Origin: Ruditapes philippinarum
Lineage: Eukaryota
NCBI RefSeq assembly: GCF_026571515.1
Contig: NW_026853591.1
Location: forward strand, 62,001 to 126,000
Length of the DNA stretch: 64,000 bases
Direction of reading: 5' to 3'
Shown here: in pieces, positions 14,401 through 26,030 of the stretch
Numbering within the stretch: position 1 is the stretch's first letter
Layout: each line of letters starts with the position of its first letter
Program-made: the position numbers and the translations under genes
Notes under the pieces: generated by a model
Told to the model about the DNA's origin: nothing
Seen by the model: only the letters and a program-made list of their open reading frames with translations
The model's database searches: none

Positions 14401-16324
14401 AACACCATCAGACCTGAGCCTTATCGTGCGATTGAGATACCTAACGCAGTTGGATTATGATTATAGTGATGAATGGGAACATGGTTTCGTCAAGGGAATA
14501 TTTGGTCTCTAAATTGAGTGCGAAAAACAACATCACTCGTTCTCAAACTCGATTAACCGAGCAACAGTCATGCACGTATTTAGCTGTTGTTGTTGTGGAC
14601 GTTCTTTTTAGTTTTTCTTTCAAAGAGTGTTTATCATGACACTGTTGATTGATCTTTTAAAGGTTCATGAAAACATTGCGTTGGTATAGTGTCAATCTGA
14701 CATCGTGAGAACAAAGCGTACTGCTAATAGTTAATACTGGATTTACAAATATCTTTTTATCAAATAACGTGAATTGTTAAGTAAACATAACATACATGTG
14801 CCGGCAATATATAAAAACTTTACAATTAGTTAAGGTTTCGGATGAGTGTATAACTTTGAGGATGCTTAAAACATGTTTAATAATGAGATATTTAATACAC
14901 TTTATGCCTCAGAAACGAATACATACATGTACATTTCTTTCTTCAAAAATCCTTACATGAGTTTTAACATAGTTTTAGAGTAAAGCGCATGCTTTCAACT
15001 GATTCCAGTAGCACTGAATGGGAGTGTGTTTGTAGCAACATTTTACTATTTTGATTTCATACAAAATACAAAATTTCATTTAAATTTTCTTTACTTACTG
15101 CCAAAAATAAAACTGAAGCAAAATATGATTCAGGTAATTCACCAATTAGTGACTCGATGAAGAGGGTAAAAACACTTTGCAAAATAAAAATATAAGCATT
15201 TCTATCGCATAATCCTTATATATAATGACATTTTCCTCCAAATAAGAATTATTTAGTTAAAATTAACTATTCTATTGATATTTCTAGTCATTTAAATCAT
15301 TTCAAATGCATAAGATATATAAATTAACGTTTAGAAAACGATGATACAAATCAATTCTTATGCAAGAATTCGTGCAACAAACATAATCATTTGGGAACGT
15401 AAATGTCATGAGAACACAGAACTAATTTCATTAACTAGCAACAGTCTTCGGTGATTCTAGAATTTTCTTTCTCGCATTCAAAGAATAACGAAAAGTATAA
15501 TTGTCATGAAATTGAATATTATAAAGCATGGGAAAATTCTTACAATTCTCACAACATCCCACACTAGATGCCCTCCCCATACTGGATTCACTTTAAGAAG
15601 TTTATCACAAATAGAATTATTATAATTATCTTTTATCCTCTATTATTTCCTTCTTTTAATAATTTTATTATTTCTTTCAATATTTTGAGCGTTTAATGTG
15701 TTTAACACTTTGAAATTAGAAATAATATATTGCAGCATAAACTTTATATTTATAGCCATTATATTTATATGGCACAGGGTTATGTTTACCTTATCATACT
15801 TTATATGTACGGCAGAATGAAACAGGGATATCCCATGTGATTTATTTTGTATTTTGTACAACTTTACAACCAAAAGCAGATTAAAATCAACCAACATATA
15901 TAATGTTCTATTAAGTCTCGACTTGGTGCAATGACATATAATACATACTAGGTCAATGTAATGTGATATAGAATTCGATTAAGATAATATTTAATTCTGT
16001 CACACGAATGAATTCTGTTCCAAAAATGCCCCCCCCCCCCATTATAAATAGAAAAACACTTTCGGCGTCATCATGTTTATATCCAAAGGACAATTTCGTC
16101 GATCATATACATCCTAACCGTTTTCTTAGTATCATTTTCATTGACTTATTTCCTTTCTGTTCTTGTTCTGCTTATAAACAAAACAGGTTCACCATTTTGG
16201 TTCTTTAGTCTATATATATTATAAAAGACATCCATCAAAGTATTATCTTAAAACTATTATGTAAATAAAGTAAATAGTTCAACTGTTATGCGGGTAACTT
16301 TACGAAGAGAGCATATACATTGTT

Positions 16325-16550
16325 CAAGTGTGTTGCAGGCTTTTATACTTCAGAAACATTTGCAAATGTATGCATTTTAAATACTGAGAGACCAGTAAAG
16401 AGCAATAAAAGCAGCTTTTAAGAGAATATACGCGTGCGTATCGACTGTTACAATGAACAGACATTAAATGCTCATATTTATCTCATTTGTATGGTTAATT
16501 GTAAGTTGTAAAACCACTCGGCAGAATAAGTTCTTTCCGGTGAAAGTTTA
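16325..16550 (+). pseudogene. Decayed class A GPCR TM3-ICL2-TM4 relic, copy 2
   Basis: Reads 'CCRLLYFRNI/QMYAF*ILRDQ*RAIKAAFKRIYACVSTVTMNRH*MLIFISFVWLIVSC' (cf. CKL..F...YS.WIL...ER..A.FP....T..R...I...VW). Confidence 0.55.
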
Positions 16551-16859
16551 AATGGTTTAAACGTTCAATTTGAATCAATATTTCATTTGATAGCCGTTTT
16601 GTTACAATTAATGAGGTTGTAAAAAATGATCAGTTTACAATACCTTTCTACTGTCTATTATCATCTTTTATTAACTATTGCACTTAATTTAATTTATAAC
16701 TTTCGCATGGAAGAAGTTATTAACGTAGATTTGACTAGATGATGTGTCACCGTTGCAAAAATTATGTTTGCACTGGAATTGTTCATGGTGGACGTTAATC
16801 GTCTTAGGCCTAAACCATAATTATTTGAACATTATTTGTATATGTTATTTGATGAGATC

Positions 16860-17000
16860 ATATAAGACATATTCAAGATTTTTATAAAGTATCCCATGCT
16901 CAAACAGCTACGCTTCAGTTTGAAATGTCTCTTTATGTTCGTTCTTATATTACAAAGCTTATTGTGTTTTTTTAACTTGGCACGTCCGTAAGTTAAGAAC
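16860..17000 (+). pseudogene. Decayed class A GPCR TM3 relic
   Basis: Reads 'SYASV*NVSLCSFLYYKAYCVFLTWHVRKL' (cf. YASVW.V...S.ER..AV.FP). Confidence 0.35.
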
Positions 17001-18094
17001 TATTATTATCATTAAGATAATATAAGCATTCGTGTCATAAATGTAGAACTAACTAAAAGTCCAATTAATTTTTTTTCTGATTTATATGAGTGTTCATAGT
17101 ATAAAAGAGGATAGAAATAAAAAAGCAAGCATAATTTGTCAAAGATATAAACATTTTTTTTTATATCTGTCGTACTTTTTTCTGTAAAAATATATATAAT
17201 TTAGACGAAGGAACAACCTTGTTCAAGCTAAGTGTTTTTAAGATGACAATAATGAGAAAAATTGGATTTTAAAAATGTGGTGTTCAGAAGGCAAAACAAA
17301 AAAATTTAATTTCCCATGGAATTCTCTGCAATTTTTGTTATTAGATTATCAGTTTCCCTATTATATTGCAGGGAAACTTTTATGTGAAATATATCACGAT
17401 TTTTTTAAAAATCCCAAAATTTTTAATTTGAGGGAAAACAAATTTACCCAATTTTTGTGATAGAAAAGTTTTCCCCGTTTAAATATTCAGTTCATTGTAT
17501 CATTTAATCAAGTTCTATTTTAAGTATCATTTGAAATGTTAATTGAAAAAATCTGACACATTAACTTACTTTAATTCAGTTTTCTGAATAATTTCCATAC
17601 ATCTGACATAATTTCCTTTGGAAGAAGCACGATTATTCTATTATTATACATGTTGTACAATCCTTACACTCCAATATAATATACCAAAAGATTCGAAATT
17701 ATGTATAAAATTTGTATCATAATTTAATTTTTTTCCCTGCTAAATGAACAGGGAAAGGGATTGTTTTGCATTGAAGTATAACAATGTATATCGGGATAGC
17801 TTCAGAATTTGTATAACGCGATTATAATGCACTTAATGTTAGAGACGGGTTAAAAGTATTTGCGGTGATTACTCTGCTATTTGTTTGAACCCCAAAAATA
17901 GAGAAAAACAGAATCATGATGATCATGATATATGTTTTTAATGACTAATCCTCATAGTTGATGTTTACAACCAAGGTACCTCCTTAGTATCCTGTATTAA
18001 GTTAGTGTTTATAATGTTTTTTTTTTTTTACTTTTCCGTTCCTGACATTTTTTAATCTATAAGGCACTAACTGGTCTGACAGCATTTTAAAAAA

Positions 18095-18185
18095 ACGAGA
18101 ATAAAGATCAACTAGGCAAAGGCAAGGTCCATTGGACGCAGCCCTCGACACACCCAACCACCACAGAAGGCACCAAACCAAAACC
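18095..18185 (-). mobile_element. Short interspersed repeat tail; second copy at 50110-50186 (+)
   Basis: The reverse complement 'ggctgcgtccaatggaccttgcctttgcctagttgatctttattctcgt' matches 'gactgcgtcctatgaacgttgcctttgtcttgttgatttttatcctcgt' at ~50133. Probably a retroelement 3' end. Confidence 0.6.
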
Positions 18186-18299
18186 GGGAGTTTTTACTAT
18201 AAGGCGGCGATAGAGATGGAGCGCGAAATGTATGAAATAATAAAGACTAAACTGGCCCATATGGGTTAAAATAATAGTTACTGTAATGCTTCAGATTTG

Positions 18300-18665
18300 G
18301 ACATCTTTGTGCCATTTTTTTCAGTTTACATAGAACTTTACCGAATACTGCAAAATTGGTTCGATCGTGTAACATGCTTTTAAATCAGAATGGTTGTAGT
18401 GGTTCGATCTATTATGCCTTGTTTTGGACTTATTAATGGTATGTTTATAAGGCAAGCCCTCCGTGCATGTCTAATTAATCGGCATAGTAGTATTAAAGTT
18501 GATTATCGAACCAATTTGCTCGGCGTAAATTTCATGGGCATCTGTAGTTGGCATTTTACGCAATTTTATATGGAACCTTCTAGTTGCTGGCATAACTTGT
18601 GAAGTTGGTTCACATGCAGCCAGAGCATGGTCTGAAAATGAGAGAGATGTAACGTGCGTGTGTCT
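18300..18665 (-). pseudogene. Decayed Ig-domain exon, inverted paralog of 11129-11500
   Basis: Shares 'aaggttccatataaa' and 'agtccaaaacaagg.ataatag' with the 11.2 kb block in the opposite orientation. Reads LIFRP..LEGSI*NCVKC../NWFDNQL../TYH**VQNK. Confidence 0.5.
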
Positions 18666-19681
18666 TAACGAGCCATAAAATAACTAGGGATTCGTTCTTT
18701 ATTTTTCAACTGAACCTAGAAGGTAACTAAAAATACAAGAAATATGAGTTGTGTACAATATTTTTATTATGACACATTGTTCTGCAACATGATCTGGGAA
18801 AGAAATTAATATTTCTACATTTTTTATATTTTATTTTAAGCATAAACCACTAAAACAAAGACAGACCAAACTTGTTTTAATGGAATTAAATAGGTAGTCT
18901 AATTAGTTTAGGGTAACCCTAAACTATGGTAAGGACAGTCGATTTATTTAAGTCGCTGAACTTATTATCTCTATATGGCATGGCATCAGTTGATTAAGTT
19001 TTTAAATAGAGTGTCCAATAACAAATGTTCACTAGCAGATTCAGTGGCAGTACTTAATCTCATGTTATTAATTAAACTGATCAAATAAATCAAACTCCGC
19101 TCTTAAAATTCTTCATTGAGTTTAATTTGTCGTCATCAATTATTCATTATATTATGTGAATGTAAAATAACTGAGCTTAGAAGATTCAATTCACGTTCAG
19201 GTCATTCTTTACGGCTACAAATGTGTCATATGAACAATATTTATGGATCATATAAATCTTCCATGGTCTGCCATGTTTTTACCAGATGCGGAAATAATAC
19301 TTTAGCAAATTGATATTGACTGTTTTCATCAACAATATAACATAAAGAGGAATAATGCTACAGATTTAATAAAATTATGACTTTTTACAATAATTTAGGA
19401 TAACAAAATGTTTTGGGAACTAAGAGCGCTCTTTAATAAAGAACATGTGTATGGCACCAAAATAAAAAAAATGTTGGCATTACAGCGAACCTAAAGAATT
19501 CGAAAAAAATACAAAAATTATCAAAATGCATATTAATATTACACTTGATTTTTCGCTCCCTGTGGCATTGACTAATGTTGCACAATTCATTATGCGATGA
19601 ATCTTTATAAATAAAAGACAGAAAAAAACAAACAACAGAACATCTGAATATTAAAACGTATGAAAATCATTCTTCTTTTAT

Positions 19682-21386
19682 CACGGTGCATATCCATATC
19701 GGTACCCTCTTTGCGAAATCTGCTGAAACGGTACCCTCTTTGTACATGCACAGGCCATTCTCTGCTCAAAACAAACCAGCGATGGATAACAAGCCAGTAA
19801 AAATTCATTGTAATAAGGAAAGGAAGGTATGACACGTGAACAAGATGTATCCACGGAACACTAGTTTAATGTTTTATCTCATGTGCTGATGTTGTCATGT
19901 GCCCGGTTTTTTTCATGTACTGCAACTTCACATAAGCTACAAAAATCCACATGTCTTACCTCGCCCATACTCGACATACTTTCTCGGGCTGAAAATGAAC
20001 GCTGTAGCTTGATTATATATCGGCATCATACATATCTAATATGTTTCATCTTACATATCATTTCGGACAAATGGCAAGTACATTGTCAAAAATAATGGTA
20101 AAATTCATAAAAACACCCTACTTTCAGTTTTGCAGCGGCACGGGCTACCTCTCTTAATTTGAATTTTTATATCACAGGTACCCTCTCATTTTTTAAAGGG
20201 ATACTCAGGCAAATAAATGACAAAATATCAAAATGATTTAATGTACTCAAATCATGCTAAAATGACATTTTCTAAAATCCCAGCATGAAATTCTGTATAA
20301 ATTCAATTTATTTATGGTTTGAAGCGTAAATATATCTAGATGTATTGAACGAAATTTAGTCGCCGACAGAATCACCGAAAAGCTGTAAAACAAGCCATGT
20401 GACTTGAACAAACTCTGGAATTTACAATAACAGATTTTGTGGATATTGAAAGATTGAAACAAGTCTAAGTCACTCATTTGATATGTTTCTTTAACGTTTC
20501 CATAGTTCATTGTGGGAACTTATGTGATATCTTAACGCTCTAACCTGACCCACGCGGGTCAAGTTAGGAAACCAGCATTTTATTCTTTATAAGGAGAAAA
20601 GTTTTGTTCCTATGACTGCCTAGTTTATTTATTTGAGGACATTGACAGAGTAATGAATGAAAAAAATCAAAACGAAGAAATGAAAATTTTGTCTGTGTCT
20701 CCCTTTAACACATAGGTATACTCAATGCACGACATATGCTTTTAATTGCGTTAATCGTTAAGTATGTAATATTTACATAAATAAAAAATTAATGTTACAT
20801 ACTAACGATTAAACGCCAATTAAAAAGCATATGTCGTCGCCTTGAGATAAAATATATGTGAAAAAAAAAATTGAGAGGGTACTGTGACATAAAAATTCAA
20901 ATGAAGAGAGGTAGCCTGTGCCGTTGCACAAACGAAAGTAGGGTGTTTTTCTATCGTTTTTTTTATTTTTTTTTGACACTATAACTGCCACTTTGTCCGA
21001 AGATGGTAATGTATATGAAACATATTCAAATATGTATGATGCATATACTAATCAAGCCACAAGGTTTATTTCAGGCCGAAAAAATAATGTCGAGGTTGAT
21101 TGGGCGAAGAAGGCATGTCGATTTTTTTTGTAGGCTTATTGTGAATTTGTAGTACATGAAAAACGGGAACATGACAAATCAGCACAAATAGATAGAAACA
21201 TTCAGTGTTCCGTGGTATACATACTTTTCTACGTGTTAACTTACTTTCTTATTATATTCGAATTTTTTACTGTATTGCTTATCAATCGCTGGTTTGTTTT
21301 TAGCAGAGAGTGGCCTGTGCATGTGCAAAGTGGGTACCGTTTCAGCAGATTTCGCAAAGAGGGTACCGATATGAATATGCACCGTG
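19682..21386. mobile_element. Non-autonomous foldback DNA transposon (~1.2 kb without the nested insert); termini CACGGTG...CACCGTG, 5-bp TSD TTTAT; Transib/RAG-like candidate
   Basis: The left arm (19682-20196 plus 20709-20775) is an imperfect inverted copy of 20790-21386. TTTAT lies at both 19677-19681 and 21387-21391. The subterminal motif CGGTACCCTCTTTG is repeated. Confidence 0.85.
20197..20704. mobile_element. Nested non-autonomous DNA transposon with TTAA TSD (Kolobok-like)
   Basis: TTAA|AGGGATACTCAGGCAAA ... TTTGTCTGTGTCTCCCT|TTAA. Removing it restores the symmetry of the host palindrome. Confidence 0.85.
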
Positions 21387-21724
21387 TTTATACTACCTGT
21401 TTGTATATCTTGCATCTAGAAGCTCGTTAATTCGTCTTTGTAGTGGAAAAAAGTGAGGATGGAGGGGGTTTCATTGTTCATACTGGTAATTAAACAATTT
21501 GTTAACTTCAGAAGTTGGTTTCAAGTAATAACAATGGTTATTGATAACAATAATCAGTTACACATTGTACACAATTATATGGCATAAATGATTAGACATT
21601 TCCGAAATAATATTACGATAAAACTGGAGTAAGTTCAGTACCTTTAACATATGACATTCTCATAACAGACAACATGCTGAACTTCAATCTTAGATAGAAT
21701 GAATCGGGTAATTCCGTCGGAATT

Positions 21725-21900
21725 ATTTGGTTGGATCTGACGAACCAACGACTATTACAAATATAAAAATCACACACCATATTCGCGTTCTATCATGTTT
21801 AGTCTGTGTTCTTTTGATGCATGTCATTGTTTACAGACATGGACGTCGATTTGATTAAAATAAGAGATTTTGTCCAAAAAAATGCTGTTTCTATTACAAC
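21725..21900 (-). pseudogene. Decayed class A GPCR ICL2-TM4 relic
   Basis: The minus strand reads 'RPCL*TMTCIKRTQTKHDRTRIWCVIFIFVIVVGSSDP' (P....T.R....IW........S.P). Confidence 0.4.
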
Positions 21901-22055
21901 AAAGTTGTTCTATATGACATGATCCATTGTTGTGATTTTATTCACAAATTCTAGATAAAAACACCACCACAAAAAACAACAACAAATGAACAACAGAACA
22001 TAAACATATAAGTCTCCCCATCAGAGCATCTATAAAATGTAGAAATAATTACAAA

Positions 22056-22340
22056 TCAATGGTTGAGAGTGTTTGAAATTCAACCCGTGAGTAGTTATTA
22101 TTCAATCAAAATATCAGTTACGTTGTTCAATCATTTCACAGAAGTGACATGCACTGATACTGTTTATTGATGATTAATATTGTCTATTCAATCGTCTGGG
22201 CGAAAGTTTTATGGAACACTTTGTGACCGTGATATATATGAAACAATATATTAATGTGAAAATCATAGTTACCACAAATTAGACAATAAACGCAAAATAG
22301 ATACATTTTTTGAAATAATATATGAAAGAAATATCAACAA
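22056..22340 (+). pseudogene. Decayed class A GPCR TM1-TM3 relic with an NRY motif, family-1 copy 3
   Basis: TM1 'SMVESV*NS' (cf. G..GNS), TM2 'NHFTEVTCTDTV', 'FYGTLC', and 'NRYIF' at 22296-22310. NRY is the motif of melatonin-receptor-like GPCRs. Confidence 0.55.
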
Positions 22341-23454
22341 AGATAAGTGACATTGGTGAATTGAGAATAGTAAATGTTCATTCAACTATCATCCTTGCTT
22401 TTGTAAAATATATTTTACCATTCTTTGCTTAATTTGATGACAATTGTCTCCCCTGTAAAATAAAAATGATGATGTATTATTCGATCCAAGGTAAACATTG
22501 CGTACGGGCATACGTTTTATGCCAGAAAACAGTTCAAATGTCTATTATTGTTGATTCAGAGATAGTGTGGGAGTAACAGTAGTCGTTCACATGCAGGAAA
22601 AGTTTTAAATTACGTAGTTAATATTTAAAGATATTTTTATATCAGGATGTATACATTGGTCTAATCATTCTAGACATTTCAATTCATTAACATAGTTACG
22701 TATTTTATACAAATAAACATTCAAATTGATACAAATCACTTGCGCAACAATGTGTGTAACAATAATATTCATTTCGGAAAATAAATGTCGTGGGAACATG
22801 AAGGGATTTTGAATTAGAATCTCATTTCTCATCCTTGAAATGTCCTTTTTGCATTCAAAGAATCACAAAAACAGTATTATAAAATTAAATTAAAGAATAT
22901 ACTGCCTGGGAAAATTCTCAAAAGTCTCATATCATATTAGTGTAGGTACCATTAAAACCTTACAACACAAGTAAGGTGATTATAATCGTTATATTTTACA
23001 GTTAAAGTTTCAGTTCACTTACTGTATTCCTCAGTTTACATTTAACCAGTGTAACATTTTGGTCATGATGTCATATAACTTGAACATATTATATTCATTT
23101 GACGCACAGATGTATCATAGAAACTTTATATCTACGCCAGGGTATATGTCAACATTCCGCCTGAACTATTTGTGAAGTAACGCTCAAAATAGATTAAAAC
23201 TAGTATATATATATTTATTGTATGTTCTGTTATGTCTGGTCTGTATTCAGTGACATGCAACTCGATTTATATTATAATTCAATTTGTCGCAAAAACTATG
23301 TTACATCTCTTCATAATGCCAGAATTGGCAACAGAAGACACTGTACAGCGTCAACATGATGGTGCTCATAAGGCCATTTATATGAGATCTTTAAGTTAGT
23401 AAATTGTAAGCGTTAAACAAATTTTTCTACTGTTTTGATACAATGTAGCTACAT

Positions 23455-23660
23455 TTTTGAAGAATGTTACAGGCTTTGATACTTTAAAAAGGTGTTCAAC
23501 ATCTATGCACTTTAAAGATTGAAATAATATGAAAATGTACGCGTGGTTACCGACTGATTCAATGTACAAACATTAAATACTCATAATTTTCTCATTTGTG
23601 TGGTTATCTGTAAAGTTATAAACCCACCAGCGCAGAATGTGTTCCTTCCGGTGAAAGTTT
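23455..23660 (+). pseudogene. Decayed class A GPCR TM3-TM4 relic, copy 3
   Basis: Reads 'CYRL*YFKKVFNIYAL*' and 'KH*ILIIFSFVWLSV'. Confidence 0.5.
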
Positions 23661-24909
23661 GTCAATACATGAAATGGTAAAACGTTCAATTCGAATCAAT
23701 GTTTTACTTGACTATTTTTATGAACGAGTATTAGTTAAATACGAATCAGTATGAAATACCTATGTAGGCTGTTTATAATATTTCGTTCACATGGAAAGCT
23801 ACGATGCCCCTAAACCTTGCTCATTAAGAAATACGAAAAGTAGTAGCAAAATTACTTGAGAGAGACACCCAAGCTCTTAGATGTTGTGTGTGTATGCCCT
23901 GACCAGCGCGGTATTTATCGGCTGTTTAACACCAAAAAGGCCGTAGGCCTAATAGGTTAATTTTTTCGCATCAAAACGGCAAAACCGGTGATAAATATGC
24001 GGAAATAACTTCCGGTGCCGATGTTCGTGTAACGCTGGTTGAATTCGTAACCTGCTGTTGCTAAGATATAGCAATTATTTAACAAAAGAAAAAAAAATAA
24101 GAAAAGAAGTTATTTTATTAAAGTTTCAGCAACAAAAAAACTTTTTTGCCCAATTTATCATTCTTGTTATTATTGAAATGACGTCAACTTTTATGAATGA
24201 GTTGTATACTTAGGATGACGTAATGACGCTGCTAACAAATAAGCGCCGTTTTGTCAAAATATGGATTAAATCTGTGTTGTTAGTCTATGTAAGATATAAT
24301 TTCAGTATAATATGAAAAAAAAAAACCATTATAATAAGAACTGCAAATACAAATAAATATGCTTTTTATTGTTGCTTAAAAGGCTTTGTAAACTATGTAA
24401 TCGAGGGAGACAAACATAACAGCCGCATAAACAAGTAGTCCCTAACCAGTGTTAATTGGCAGTTTAACGCCTTTTTATAGTGACAAAATCATGAGAAGTG
24501 TTACGATATTTTTTAAAGCAGTGTCACGCCGGATTTTAATGTATTCTATGTTTAACGATATATATATTTATATTATAAACAATCATATTTAAAAATTGTA
24601 ATTTTTCAAAATTTTCGGAACCGGTAGATCTACACTCACTGTAAACGAGTGTAATTAAATTGATATTTGGTATTATATTGATTTCGGGAGAAAACTGAAA
24701 TCCAATTATTGTTCATACTTATTTTTTCTGATTATGATGGGTGTTTTAATATTTTCTGATAATTATATATTAAGAAGAAGATAAAACGAAACAAACAATT
24801 TTATATCATTTTTTGTGTGGAAAAAAAGTTTCATCATTTAGACCAAAGAAAAAAGGTCTTTAGGCTGAGTGTAAATTGGTAATAAAAATAATAACGACAA
24901 CAATTTGCA

Positions 24910-25100
24910 AAATTTAATGCAAGTGCCAGATAGACATAATTTACACCGATTTCTATGCAAATTTGTCATTAGATTATTAGATGATTAGATACGATTATTA
25001 TTGCACGAAGTATTTATATACACGCTTCAACGTAATGTATAATCAATACTCCATAAAGAATGCATCAAAAAATACATCTGACTCTGATAGAAAACAATTC
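24910..25100 (+). pseudogene. Decayed class A GPCR TM3 relic
   Basis: Reads 'RFLCKFVIRLLDD*IRLLLHEVFIYTLQRNV*SILHK' (cf. FLCKF.......T.ER...I.HP). Confidence 0.5.
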
Positions 25101-25683
25101 ATGGCAATATATCATTTTGTTTGGATCTATTTTAAGTATAAGTTAAAAAGTTAATTGAAACAATCTGACTTATTGGCGTTGTTTATGATAGTTATCTGAA
25201 TAATATTAATACACATAATATTACAACCAGACATGCTTTCTTTTTAAAAGGAATACTATTGTTTCATAATTATAATAAAACATTAGGTTCAGTCAATTCA
25301 GAAGTTACGAGAATGTGCCTACGATTTATCTCATATTACTGCAAAATGGGCAGGAAAGAAACAGTTTTGCAAATTAAAACTGAAAACTGAAGTACTGACA
25401 AACTTTAGGAGAAAATAGTAAAGGGGCTAGTTACTCTGAAACAAGATTTTACAGGCCTGGTTTCATTACATCTGGTTTTGGACTCGTGGACAACAAATGT
25501 TAATGCAGAGACCTATCAACATAGACCTCTTTTCAGTAGAATTCAAACCATATTGTCTCAAAATGGAACAATTCACTTTGGCACCGTTCACTATAATATA
25601 TTTCTGAAATTGTGACACCATTTTTTAAAATAATAATACTATCATAGAGAGGGTTATATAGTTATAATAATACATGTAGTTAA

Positions 25684-26030
25684 AGCAGCAGGCCTCCAGA
25701 TTCATGATTATTTTCATGAAAATTTTGAAAATGTATTTGAATGTATAAAATTGTGAAATAACAAAAAGGAAGCCGTTTATACATTATCAATGGCACTTAC
25801 AAGCCATGTAAATTACCAAAAGGTGTCAAATTGTGCATAAATTGCCCTCACTGCGCTAGTTACACAGTAAAAATATAGTTAAAAATACTAAAAAAATGAG
25901 TCATTAACCACACATAACATGTAAAATATTACTTGAAACTTGTATCATTTTAGGTTTCCTAAAATCGTAGAACATATTTCTCAAGTTTGATTTTATTGGA
26001 ATATTTTGAATCATCTGGAGGTATGCAGCT
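25684..26030. mobile_element. Non-autonomous DNA transposon (MITE) with TTAA TSD (Kolobok-like)
   Basis: TTAA|AGCAGCAGGCCTCCAGAT ... ATCTGGAGGTATGCAGCT|TTAA. Confidence 0.85.

Larger units (their letters stand above)
4340..25380. repeat. Tandem segmental duplication family 1: three diverged copies (~4340-10100, ~11900-18050, ~21560-25380)
   Basis: Collinear homologous blocks, e.g. 'ttacaaatcaatgg...catttcacagacgtgacatgcactgata' at 4370/13966/22049, 'gatacaaatca' at ~5963/15343/22728, 'tgttgcag.ctt..atactt' at ~6670/16332/23465, 'gacgaaccaacgac' at 12064/21739 and 'cagatagacataattt' at 8956/24927. Confidence 0.9.

Noticed and set aside
19605-21430. Paired ORFs 19605-19835 (-) and 21212-21430 (+) with similar peptides
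   Set aside because: They are the two arms of the foldback element, not genes.
25415-25594. Possible 180-bp MITE with ATAGT(A/G)AA.GG.GC ends
   Set aside because: Only about 11 of 15 terminal bases match and there is no clear TSD.
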